Source: a virus
Strand: one strand, 5' to 3'
Virus record (IMG/VR): IMGVR_UViG_3300042691_008788
Location: 64,001-128,000 of that record
Length of the DNA: 64,000 nucleotides
Position 1 is the first letter of the stretch; each line of letters starts with the position of its first letter. Both the position numbers and the translations under genes were made by a program. The notes below the pieces were generated by a model. The model saw nothing but the letters and a program-made list of their open reading frames with translations, searched no databases and was not told the origin of the DNA. Below, in pieces: positions 55,870 through 64,000 of the stretch.

Positions 55870-57525
55870 TCAGTACCAAGAATTCATTCGAGAATCTCTG
55901 TCCTTGAACCACACAGAACCATCTTCGCTTCGCTCAGGGGTAGAATCGTCAACTCCATCATCGATGAAGCCAAAAGGCGTCATCTCCTCCTCAAGTTTCG
56001 TGATCGTGTCCTGATATATGTCTTTCCTGATATCCATGGAGGAAAGATCCTTGAAGTATGGTTGGGTGGATAGCCACCCAAATAGAACCAAGGTCATCAC
56101 AAGATCGTCATTGTAACCAACCTCTGCCTCAAAAGAGTTCTTCTTGGAGATGAAGGCAAATAGTTCCTTGATGACATCGAAATCCTGTATCTGTAGCCTA
56201 TCAGATTCAATCAGAGACTTGAGGATGGAACACCCCGTGCGCTTTACCACCTCAGTTGTCCTGACTCCAAACTGACTTGTACCCGATCCAAAGCCACCGT
56301 CGAGAACCTGACCCTTTCGGCCACGCATGGTCGAGGACAATAGATTCTCATATTCCATCTCGCCATGGAGGATGTCTGCCACTTGACCACCCATGTCGTT
56401 GATCTCCACAAGCACATGGCAGTTGTTGTACTGCTTGGCTGCAACATGGATGGCATTTGGAAAGACCATGGGTGACATGGTATTGTTCCTGAAGGTAGCC
56501 ACCAACTTATAAGGTGCTGTAGTTATGTCCACTACGGTGAATGCTGAGTAGTCATTTCCTGTTCCGCGAGAGACATCGACGCACATGACATAGATGTGCT
56601 TCTCCTCTGGTTTGCTATAAACCTTAAATCCTTCCCCATTCTTGAATACTGGATCGACATAAGCCAGGGTCTTCAACTTGGATGGAGAAATAAGTGTATG
56701 GATGGAGCCTACAAAGTCGCAATCAAATTCTGTCCTAAACTGCTCCTCTGAAGTATTGGCAATCGTCTCTTCCTTCCACTTCTCGTCTCGGCCAGGTACA
56801 TCCGACCAGTGAACATCGATTGGAATGTAAGAGTTTCTATTGTTCGTAGCATCCGTCCACAACTTGTAGTATAGATTCATTCCGTGGGGAGTTGAAACTA
56901 TGAATACTTTGGTTTCCTGACCCGATGAGATGGTGGGATATACCGACGAGAAGAACTCTTCCGCCACATTCTGAGGAACATATGCAAACTCGTCAAGGAA
57001 GATCATGTTGAACGATCCACCACGAACCGCGCTTGAGGAAGTTGCCGATGCTAGAACCTTTGAGCCATTCTCAAGTTGTATGGAACCCTTATTCCATTCC
57101 AATACACCCTGCTGCAACCACTTCGGTAGATACTCATACGCCAGTTTGAGGCGGGATAGGAGTTCCCGTGCAGTACTCAACTTGTTGGCAAGGATCGCCA
57201 CATTGACGCTTTGGTTGAAGAGAACATAGTGCAAGATATATGCCGTAACAGTGGTAGACTTTCCACTCTGTCTCGGAAGTTTGGCAATGACGAACCTATT
57301 GCTATGAACGGTTCTTACCATCTCTTCCTGAAAGTCGTATAGTTCAAATGGAACAAGACCCTTGTCGAGACTGATGATCTTGACATAGTTCTGTATGAAA
57401 TAGATTGGATCTCTAGCGCACTTGGCATACTCCTCAAGTTGCTGCTGAGTCCATTCGTGTCTGACATCCGATGCCTTTAGGTTCGGATTGCCAAGATAGT
57501 TCTTTGTATTCTTAGTTTCCGCCAT
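55870..57525 (-). CDS. gp17: terminase large subunit
   Basis: YLGNPNLK, PRQSGKST, FLDEFAYV, VSTPHG, VDVSRG..DYSAF, NDDLVM. Confidence 0.97.
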   Translation of the reverse strand: MAETKNTKNYLGNPNLKASDVRHEWTQQQLEEYAKCARDPIYFIQNYVKIISLDKGLVPFELYDFQEEMVRTVHSNRFVIAKLPRQSGKSTTVTAYILHYVLFNQSVNVAILANKLSTARELLSRLKLAYEYLPKWLQQGVLEWNKGSIQLENGSKVLASATSSSAVRGGSFNMIFLDEFAYVPQNVAEEFFSSVYPTISSGQETKVFIVSTPHGMNLYYKLWTDATNNRNSYIPIDVHWSDVPGRDEKWKEETIANTSEEQFRTEFDCDFVGSIHTLISPSKLKTLAYVDPVFKNGEGFKVYSKPEEKHIYVMCVDVSRGTGNDYSAFTVVDITTAPYKLVATFRNNTMSPMVFPNAIHVAAKQYNNCHVLVEINDMGGQVADILHGEMEYENLLSSTMRGRKGQVLDGGFGSGTSQFGVRTTEVVKRTGCSILKSLIESDRLQIQDFDVIKELFAFISKKNSFEAEVGYNDDLVMTLVLFGWLSTQPYFKDLSSMDIRKDIYQDTITKLEEEMTPFGFIDDGVDDSTPERSEDGSVWFKDRDSRMNSWY

Positions 57526-57997
57526 CTTCTATGATTTTCTTTGAAGAATCCAGAATCACATCTGTCTCTTTGAGTGCCTTTGCGAAACTTCTCTTTGGAT
57601 TTATGAGTTCTTGTAGTTCTTTCGTAGAACCAAGGAATATGGCATTTGTGGTATTGTTGACCGTCTTCTGCTCGTACTTGTCTTCCTTGATGGTCTTCAT
57701 GCGCTGATGCAGTTCAACAAGATCCTTGTTTGTCTCTGCCACGGCTTTGATCATCTGTGCGACTACCTCGTAAGCGCGGGGAGAATCACCCTCGCTTGCC
57801 ACCTTCAACACACCATCGATGGCTTGAAACCCAAGACCAACAAGTTCCTTGAGGTTCTGTCGCGCCTTTTGAAAGTCTTTTTCAGCATCGTCCATGTCAA
57901 CGATTGCTTCTATTGCTTGTGGTGGTTTTGCCACAATGGCTTTTGGTTCGGGATCCATATTGAGGATCTCCGATAGATTTTCATCCATCTTGCTCAT
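57512..57997 (-). CDS. gp16: terminase small subunit
   Basis: DFQKARQNL, SPRAYEV, NNTTNAIFLGSTKELQ. Confidence 0.92.
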   Translation of the reverse strand: MSKMDENLSEILNMDPEPKAIVAKPPQAIEAIVDMDDAEKDFQKARQNLKELVGLGFQAIDGVLKVASEGDSPRAYEVVAQMIKAVAETNKDLVELHQRMKTIKEDKYEQKTVNNTTNAIFLGSTKELQELINPKRSFAKALKETDVILDSSKKIIEDGGN

Positions 57998-58004
57998 GAT
58001 AAAA

Positions 58005-60464
58005 TCACCTTCCTACGAACTGATCCGTAGATCTATACTCCGCTAGAGTAGTTATCTTATTATCTGAGAAATATTCAGACGCAGCGACTAACTGCTCCTT
58101 TGTTAGTTCGAAATATGCATCTCTCATTATTGAATATGCAACATTTATATTGTTGTTTGTTGTTGTCTGCCATCTATCTCGTAGATTTGTGTTTTTATAA
58201 AGTATTGATTCTTCATTTAGAGGAACCGCATACCACAGAAATTCACCATTGAAACCATAGGGTATCTTTGTATTACCACCCGTCAGACCAGTGTTTGATT
58301 CAAATACTCTATAATCACTAAATCTACCAGATCTAAATGTGTTTAGATAGTTAGAGTGATCTGCTTCAGCAGCAGTAAGCCCAAAATCAAAAAGTTGTTC
58401 TGAAAATGTCATCTGAAATTGCAGTTGCTGTAGATTAAAGAAATATGTCTCCAATCCACGAATGAATGCTGTGATCGGATCAGAACCAGATATACCGCGA
58501 TTAGTCACAACTTTTGTATACTCATCGCTCCCTCTTGCAATATTTCCAAGATAGAAACCTTGATATAGTAAATTATCAACATCGTTCTTCATGATGAATC
58601 CATTTGCTGGAACAACACTATTGAACAGTGGTTTTACTAAGTATTCAACAAAATCTTCTGGTCTATAGGGGACTGACCCGCCGCGAGTAAGATCATAATC
58701 TTCATTTCTACCAGAGAGAACGGGCATGATTCTGTAGTTGAACTTGCCGCGCTCATCAAGGAGGAGTTTCCACATCTTCAATGCTGAATGAATACTTGCC
58801 TTCATCGACTCCTTAAGGTTATACAGTCTTTCAGCGGTATTACCACCAAAGTCTTGGTGAATGGTGCAATCTCTTCTTGAAGTGTGATTTCTTGTTATGC
58901 TATTCTGATAAGAACCCTTCAACTGCATTGGAATATATGGATTGAAGCGGGGATTAAAATCCATGGCAAAGAAATTCATATCCTTATAACCACCATATTG
59001 CAACTGTTCTGCATAGATGTCATAGTAGTATGAATCAAGGAAATTCATCGTTGTTCCAAGTGGACCTCTAGGACCATTGTTGTCTGTAAACAACTTTAGA
59101 ATATTTGCTGGAACAAGTTTTGATGCTTCATATGTGTTTGAGGCAGCAGTTGTAGAACCACCAAGCATAAAATATTCGGGATAGAAAGATGAGTTTCCTG
59201 TGAGAGACTTGTGGTAAGAGTTCCAGCCCGAAGAACCACCAGAACCACCGAATGATGTCGCACCAGTTGATCCAAGATAGTTGTATGTTGATGGTGGTGG
59301 GTAGAAAGTAACACCCGCTATCCTGTTGAGATAAAACGATGCACCAACGCTTGCATATGGTCCCGTGGCATCGGTCGCTGTTCCTGGCGTTGGTATTTTT
59401 GCCGACCAGCCAAACACGGATGTAGTGTATGGATAGTTGTACTGACCAGTATTAAGATCAGTTGCCGTTGTTCTATATCTTCTCGGATAAGTCTTCACTT
59501 CAGAGAAGAATCTTTCATTGAAACTCTTGGCAAGATTGAAGCCATCAAGATTGATGTACGAACCAGTTTTACCAGAGGAACGAACTAATTCAACATTCCA
59601 CCCAGGATTTGCAGAGTTTCCTGCATACTGAGAAATAATATTAGTTGCTGTATCCGTATAGTCATTGTCAGAATATTTGATGAACTGATAGTGAGGCTCA
59701 AATGAAGTCAATATGCCAGAGAATGTAATTCCTCTATCCAACAGTATTGCAAGATTTCTTCTTGTTGAGAAGAAAATATCAGGCGTGAAATACATGGATT
59801 TCACTGATTGTGTTATACCATTGCTTGCAGACAATCCAAAATATAGAGGTGAGTCTAATGTTCCTGTTGGTAGGTTATTTGTGTGGGTCAATCCAAGAAT
59901 AGAGGGACTGAACATTAACTGAAATGGTGTTATTACACCGCCGAAGTTCACAAGTGTATAGGTTCCTGCCGATGCACCTTTAAGAGTAACTCCAGTAAAT
60001 GCTGTGACACCATAGGGCTGATTTGCACCAGTTATGCTATAGAACTGAGGATATTGTAGAAGTATGTTCGTGTTATCTTGCAGAGAGTTGAATGCGCCAT
60101 AGGAGTTGGTTCCTGTGATAATTCCATACTCCGAACTCTCAAGTTGATCCATGTCATAGACCATCTTGTGTTTCAATGATAGCATCTGCGTTACACCAGC
60201 GGTAAATCTGGCGTACTCATATGTCAATCCGTCATCCGCTGCCGATATTCCTTGAGCAAAGATTGTTACATCTTCAGTTGGTGCAAGATATGGAATAACA
60301 TCTCTACTAAAGAATATTACTGGAGTTATTTCTTTCTGCTCGACCGTGATGCGAATTTTTTTGATTGTATTAGCCGTTGTCAAATCAGCAGACTCAGTAG
60401 CCACAGTTATGATGCGGTACTGATCAAGGAATCCGTCTAGGTTTCTCTCTGCTGTTGATGGCAT
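58005..60464 (-). CDS. 819-aa hypothetical, probable virion protein
   Basis: TAATG-coupled to gp15; G/T/S/Y-rich with many G-x-T/S motifs; no recognised family. Confidence 0.7.
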   Translation of the reverse strand: MPSTAERNLDGFLDQYRIITVATESADLTTANTIKKIRITVEQKEITPVIFFSRDVIPYLAPTEDVTIFAQGISAADDGLTYEYARFTAGVTQMLSLKHKMVYDMDQLESSEYGIITGTNSYGAFNSLQDNTNILLQYPQFYSITGANQPYGVTAFTGVTLKGASAGTYTLVNFGGVITPFQLMFSPSILGLTHTNNLPTGTLDSPLYFGLSASNGITQSVKSMYFTPDIFFSTRRNLAILLDRGITFSGILTSFEPHYQFIKYSDNDYTDTATNIISQYAGNSANPGWNVELVRSSGKTGSYINLDGFNLAKSFNERFFSEVKTYPRRYRTTATDLNTGQYNYPYTTSVFGWSAKIPTPGTATDATGPYASVGASFYLNRIAGVTFYPPPSTYNYLGSTGATSFGGSGGSSGWNSYHKSLTGNSSFYPEYFMLGGSTTAASNTYEASKLVPANILKLFTDNNGPRGPLGTTMNFLDSYYYDIYAEQLQYGGYKDMNFFAMDFNPRFNPYIPMQLKGSYQNSITRNHTSRRDCTIHQDFGGNTAERLYNLKESMKASIHSALKMWKLLLDERGKFNYRIMPVLSGRNEDYDLTRGGSVPYRPEDFVEYLVKPLFNSVVPANGFIMKNDVDNLLYQGFYLGNIARGSDEYTKVVTNRGISGSDPITAFIRGLETYFFNLQQLQFQMTFSEQLFDFGLTAAEADHSNYLNTFRSGRFSDYRVFESNTGLTGGNTKIPYGFNGEFLWYAVPLNEESILYKNTNLRDRWQTTTNNNINVAYSIMRDAYFELTKEQLVAASEYFSDNKITTLAEYRSTDQFVGR

Positions 60465-61126
60465 TATTCGTCCGTTAGTTCTCTGAATGTAAGGTCGATT
60501 TCTCTAATGAGTCCAGACTGTCTGATTGGTCCGAAGATGTATGACTTGGTTTGAAAAATCAAAGAATGCGTTATGAGTCTTCTATCATTTAGATCACCCT
60601 CATAATCCTCAACTGTATTGACTGATGACAGTATAACTGGCACATCAACTCTTCTATCTAGTTCTGTGAAATTCATGCTGATAGTGAAGTCTGGTGTGAA
60701 GTATGGCAGTATCTGTTCTATGATCTGATATCCATCATCTATGTTACGATTCATTATATTGAGAGTAAACTCAATGTTGTATGGAACCTCGCTATAAGCA
60801 TATGAGATTGTTCCGTCTGTTTCGTCTCTGGCAGAATAAACCTTGTTAAGACTATTCAATTTTCTATTTGTGTCGTATACCATCGATGATATCTCAAACG
60901 ACATTCGTGGCAATATATTTTCAAAACTGCTTCTGGCTGGATCAGCCTCATCAAGTTCCTTAATCTTTCGGACAAACTTTTCTTTTGGTCCATATGATAT
61001 CGGGACTTTGATTTTCTTCAGTTCAGTTCCAGCAGAGTCTTTGCGGGAGATGTATATCTCGTTGAATAGCGAGCCAAAAGCCACTACAAGTTTTCTTATA
61101 CTACCATGGTAGAAGTATCGAAACAT
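60464..61126 (-). CDS. gp15: tail sheath stabiliser / tail terminator
   Basis: YFYHGSIRKLVVAFGSLFN, KVPISYGPKEKF, LPRMSFE, QIIEQILPYFTP. Confidence 0.95.
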   Translation of the reverse strand: MFRYFYHGSIRKLVVAFGSLFNEIYISRKDSAGTELKKIKVPISYGPKEKFVRKIKELDEADPARSSFENILPRMSFEISSMVYDTNRKLNSLNKVYSARDETDGTISYAYSEVPYNIEFTLNIMNRNIDDGYQIIEQILPYFTPDFTISMNFTELDRRVDVPVILSSVNTVEDYEGDLNDRRLITHSLIFQTKSYIFGPIRQSGLIREIDLTFRELTDE

Positions 61127-61980
61127 CAGTAGTTGCCCTCTGAGAATGGATCCTTATCGGTGAAATCAATGATGTCTAGAGTTGCTCTTTCTTTCTCTAG
61201 TTCATCCCCATCATCATTGTTAGCATTCACAAACTTCTTTTCAGTAGTAACAAGAGAATCATATGAAGCAAATGCGTTTGATTTTTCTCCGCGTATGAAT
61301 ACAAGAGAAGATGGAGTTCCTGTTTCCGTGTGAACTTGAATTGCATTAGTGAGAGCGTTGAAGTTCAATATCGTTGCAGACCAAGAAGAACTTCCGAGAC
61401 AGATTCCTTGATATATCTTCTCACCCTCAAAGAAGGCACCACACACTCCACTGATTGTGAATTCTCTGACATCTGTGAGAATGTTCTGTTCAATGTCATC
61501 AACTTCCTTGATCTCAGTATCAATCTGCTCACCAGAGTAGCGGAAGAGTTCGCAGGAAATCTCGTAGGCAAAGAATGAATTTCTTGATCCAACATACTTA
61601 ACTTCATAGATTCCGCCATACTCAGGAAAGTAGATTAGATCGCCTTCCTGTGGCTTGGTATCGGTGCCATACTTGGCGGCTTCTTCGCTAAATCTCTTTT
61701 TGGAAACCATTAGAGTCACGGAATCCTGAAGATTGATTCCGAATTTATCCATGATCTTATTCTGCGTTTCAAAGAACTCGTAGTTTGAAACAAACATCTC
61801 TATCTGAAAACTACGATCAAACTTTGATATGGTATCTTCACCAAACAGATTGTCTAGATTCTGAAACTTGCGAAAGATATAATGGACATCGAAGCCATAG
61901 ATCTTTATCTGCTCGACCACAAGTTGTTCGAACAAATCTGACTCGCGTGATGATACCTTAAAGTAGTTGTTGCGAGCCAT
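61126..61980 (-). CDS. gp14: neck protein
   Basis: EQIKIYGFDVHYI, LFGED..SKF, KFGI, PQEGDLIYFP, CELFRYSGE, IDFTDKDPF. Confidence 0.93.
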   Translation of the reverse strand: MARNNYFKVSSRESDLFEQLVVEQIKIYGFDVHYIFRKFQNLDNLFGEDTISKFDRSFQIEMFVSNYEFFETQNKIMDKFGINLQDSVTLMVSKKRFSEEAAKYGTDTKPQEGDLIYFPEYGGIYEVKYVGSRNSFFAYEISCELFRYSGEQIDTEIKEVDDIEQNILTDVREFTISGVCGAFFEGEKIYQGICLGSSSWSATILNFNALTNAIQVHTETGTPSSLVFIRGEKSNAFASYDSLVTTEKKFVNANNDDGDELEKERATLDIIDFTDKDPFSEGNY

Positions 61981-62751
61981 TTATCCCACCATGAAATCTG
62001 TTGGAAGTTCGTACTTGCTTTGGACCGTGTCTTCAATCTGAGTCAACTCTGTCATGGAATCATTGTACATGCTACGAGAATCAAACTGCATTCCGCCTGG
62101 TAGAGCGATGTTGGAGAATTTGCTTAGGTTGGAAGCCCATTGTCTCTTGATGAGTGCCGTGACATACTTCTTGAGGAGTATGTCGTTGTATATCTCTGGA
62201 TAAGTCTCTGGATTCAATGCCACATAGGCTTGCACCATCAACTTATCACCAACTCCAAAAGTCTCTGACCAATCTGTATTGATCTTCAACTTGTTGGTAA
62301 CACGGCTGAATCCAACACTCTTCTCTGGACTTAGGAACTGCTGTAAAAGAGAAAGATATTGCTTGGTTGTATCGTAATAAGATAGATTGGATGTACCCGT
62401 TAGAAAGCCGTTGAAATAGTCATTCAACATCAGTTGATACTGAACACTGAACATGCCGCTTTGTACGGCTTGATCTACGATGAATACTTTAGTGATGCTT
62501 ATGATGTTTCCACCAGATGAACCAGCCGAGATATTGTTGGTGTTGATGTACTTGTTATCAATATCTGTTTGTGTTATGACATATGGGAGATATGCCTCTT
62601 CGACACCATCAAAATGGTACTCAGAGAAAAACTGCAATGCATCGTCTATACGATCCTCTACTTGAGCATCATCGACATTGATCTCAATAACGGGAAATCC
62701 GAGCCTTCTTAGAGCATAGTCCTTGAGTTCTTCTCTTGTGGTTACTGCCAT
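61981..62751 (-). CDS. gp13: neck protein
   Basis: TREELKDYALRRLGFPVIEINVDDAQVEDRIDDALQFF.EYHFDG, LKKYVTALIKRQW..NLSKF. Confidence 0.95.
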   Translation of the reverse strand: MAVTTREELKDYALRRLGFPVIEINVDDAQVEDRIDDALQFFSEYHFDGVEEAYLPYVITQTDIDNKYINTNNISAGSSGGNIISITKVFIVDQAVQSGMFSVQYQLMLNDYFNGFLTGTSNLSYYDTTKQYLSLLQQFLSPEKSVGFSRVTNKLKINTDWSETFGVGDKLMVQAYVALNPETYPEIYNDILLKKYVTALIKRQWASNLSKFSNIALPGGMQFDSRSMYNDSMTELTQIEDTVQSKYELPTDFMVG

Positions 62752-62753
62752 GT

Positions 62754-63038
62754 CTATCTCCCTTTGTTACGAAGATTCTCAAGGTGTCTTTCGTCTATTT
62801 CTCTTTGTGCCTTAGCCATTCTAATTCCAACAACATTGGATACTATCTTTTTCATGGTTTGATCTAGTGATTCAACTGCCCACTGATTTCGTCCATCGGA
62901 TTTGAAATGTCTTCTGCCATCATAATAATGAATCAGACTGTCGGGGACATACTCTGGTACCACGGATCGTATGTCTTGAATCAAGAAAACTTCACCGTCT
63001 ATAGTTGCTGTATTTTCACATCGTCTAAATGTAGTCAT
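62754..63038 (-). CDS. small hypothetical protein
   Basis: 94-aa ORF packed between neighbours on the coding strand. Confidence 0.55.
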   Translation of the reverse strand: MTTFRRCENTATIDGEVFLIQDIRSVVPEYVPDSLIHYYDGRRHFKSDGRNQWAVESLDQTMKKIVSNVVGIRMAKAQREIDERHLENLRNKGR

Positions 63039-63047
63039 AGTTTAAAC

Positions 63048-64000
63048 TTATATTTCCGAAAGAATGGCATCCTCATTTCCAAGCGATTCATATGGACTGC
63101 CTGTTGCCTTGGCTCCCTTGCCTGTAGAAACACTCTTCTTGGTTGTTGCTGAATTTATAGAAGAAACAGAATCAAGTTTACTCTGAACAAGTTTGTTGAA
63201 GTAATCCAACAGATCAAGTCTAAGATTGTATATCTGTTGTGCATTCAATGTTCTATTGAAGTTAAGACCATCAGTAAAAGAATATGATGAACGGCATATA
63301 CCAAGTCCAGCAAGTTCACCATTCCTCAAAATGAAAGACAAAGTTTCGGTGTCGAGAGGATTCAAGAACAATGCACTATGATTGAACGATATTCCATAGT
63401 AGTTTCCACCGCATGAACCAAACAAGCGTCCAAATGGATTGGTTCCTAGTGATGACTTGGACACATTACCAGAGGATCCTTTGTTTCCAGATGCTCCTTC
63501 AATGAAGTAGAATGATTCGATCATTGCTTCATACATGGCATTGTAGCGGTAGTTGGATCTGAATGTTTCTAGAGTAACACCGAGATCAGTAACTGAGTAA
63601 ATATCAAACACATAATCATAACCATGTACAGTTGATCCTGGTGTTGTTGCATAAGGGAAAACAAGAGGACCATATCCCATAGAGAAACCAGTGTCATCTG
63701 TATATCCAGTAGCACCGCTTATTCCATATTGATACCTGTAGATGTCGCGAATGCCGACATCAGCAACTGTTGCTGTGACTGGCGCACCAGAAGGCCCAAG
63801 CACTAGATCAGATATTCTAGTGACCACCCCGATCATTCTGTCCTGACTCTCTGCATAGAACGAATCAACATCTTCAAGACCATTGAAGTTCATCACAAAA
63901 CATATTTCTGAACTTGTGGTGAATCCAGTAAGAGTCGGAACACCTAGAGTATTTCCATAGAATCCATATGCAGTTAGTAGTCCACCAGTAACATCGGTGT
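63048..64000 (-). CDS. probable virion/tail-associated protein (5' end outside the window)
   Basis: The frame of the 282-aa ORF stays open to the edge (..TDVTGGLLTAYGFYGNTLGVPTLTGFTTSSEICFVMNF..); G-x-T/S/C rich. Confidence 0.65.
   Translation of the reverse strand, partial: TDVTGGLLTAYGFYGNTLGVPTLTGFTTSSEICFVMNFNGLEDVDSFYAESQDRMIGVVTRISDLVLGPSGAPVTATVADVGIRDIYRYQYGISGATGYTDDTGFSMGYGPLVFPYATTPGSTVHGYDYVFDIYSVTDLGVTLETFRSNYRYNAMYEAMIESFYFIEGASGNKGSSGNVSKSSLGTNPFGRLFGSCGGNYYGISFNHSALFLNPLDTETLSFILRNGELAGLGICRSSYSFTDGLNFNRTLNAQQIYNLRLDLLDYFNKLVQSKLDSVSSINSATTKKSVSTGKGAKATGSPYESLGNEDAILSEI

Noticed and set aside
1-64000. Stop-codon recoding, introns or inteins in core genes
   Set aside because: TAA, TGA and TAG all end genes at expected lengths, and gp43, gp41, gp17, uvsX and gp23 are uninterrupted and of normal size
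1-64000. CRISPR arrays, tRNA/rRNA genes, integrase or transposase, DGR reverse transcriptase
   Set aside because: None seen by eye. Intergenic gaps are mostly very short and no repeat-spacer pattern or such protein motifs were found; a covariance-model scan was not possible

Overview
This window is 64 kb of a large T4-like (myovirus-type) dsDNA phage genome. Essentially all real genes are on the minus strand and use the standard genetic code. In gene order (high to low coordinates): neck and tail genes (gp13, gp14, gp15), an inserted 819-aa protein, terminase (gp16, gp17), two tandem tail-sheath paralogues, tail tube, portal, prohead protease and scaffold, major capsid protein, gp3, uvsY, dCMP deaminase, uvsW, gp55 and gp47. 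A ~9 kb insert (including a 2272-aa beta-helix protein) then precedes gp46, gp45/44/62 and regA. Next comes an accessory block (GT2-TPR glycosyltransferase, dUTPase, DUF1599/Nmad1-like protein, GroES, AdoMet decarboxylase, DNA methyltransferase), gp43 polymerase and uvsX. A ~10.5 kb AT-richer island of 14 sugar synthesis, transfer and methylation genes follows, then gp41 helicase, gp61 primase, thyX and collagen/fibre-type virion genes. The most notable candidate system is phage-encoded virion glycosylation. Virion proteins carry many G-x-[T/S/C] tripeptides, including in loops inserted into the capsid and sheath proteins. The window also encodes a SunS/GmaR-like GT2-TPR transferase behind a late-type promoter, plus eukaryote-like GT7, GT10 and PLOD-like enzymes. 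A family of sigma70-like promoters (mostly 16-bp spacers) sits 6-7 nt from ATGs, implying leaderless mRNAs. All calls come from by-eye motif recognition; no database searches were run.
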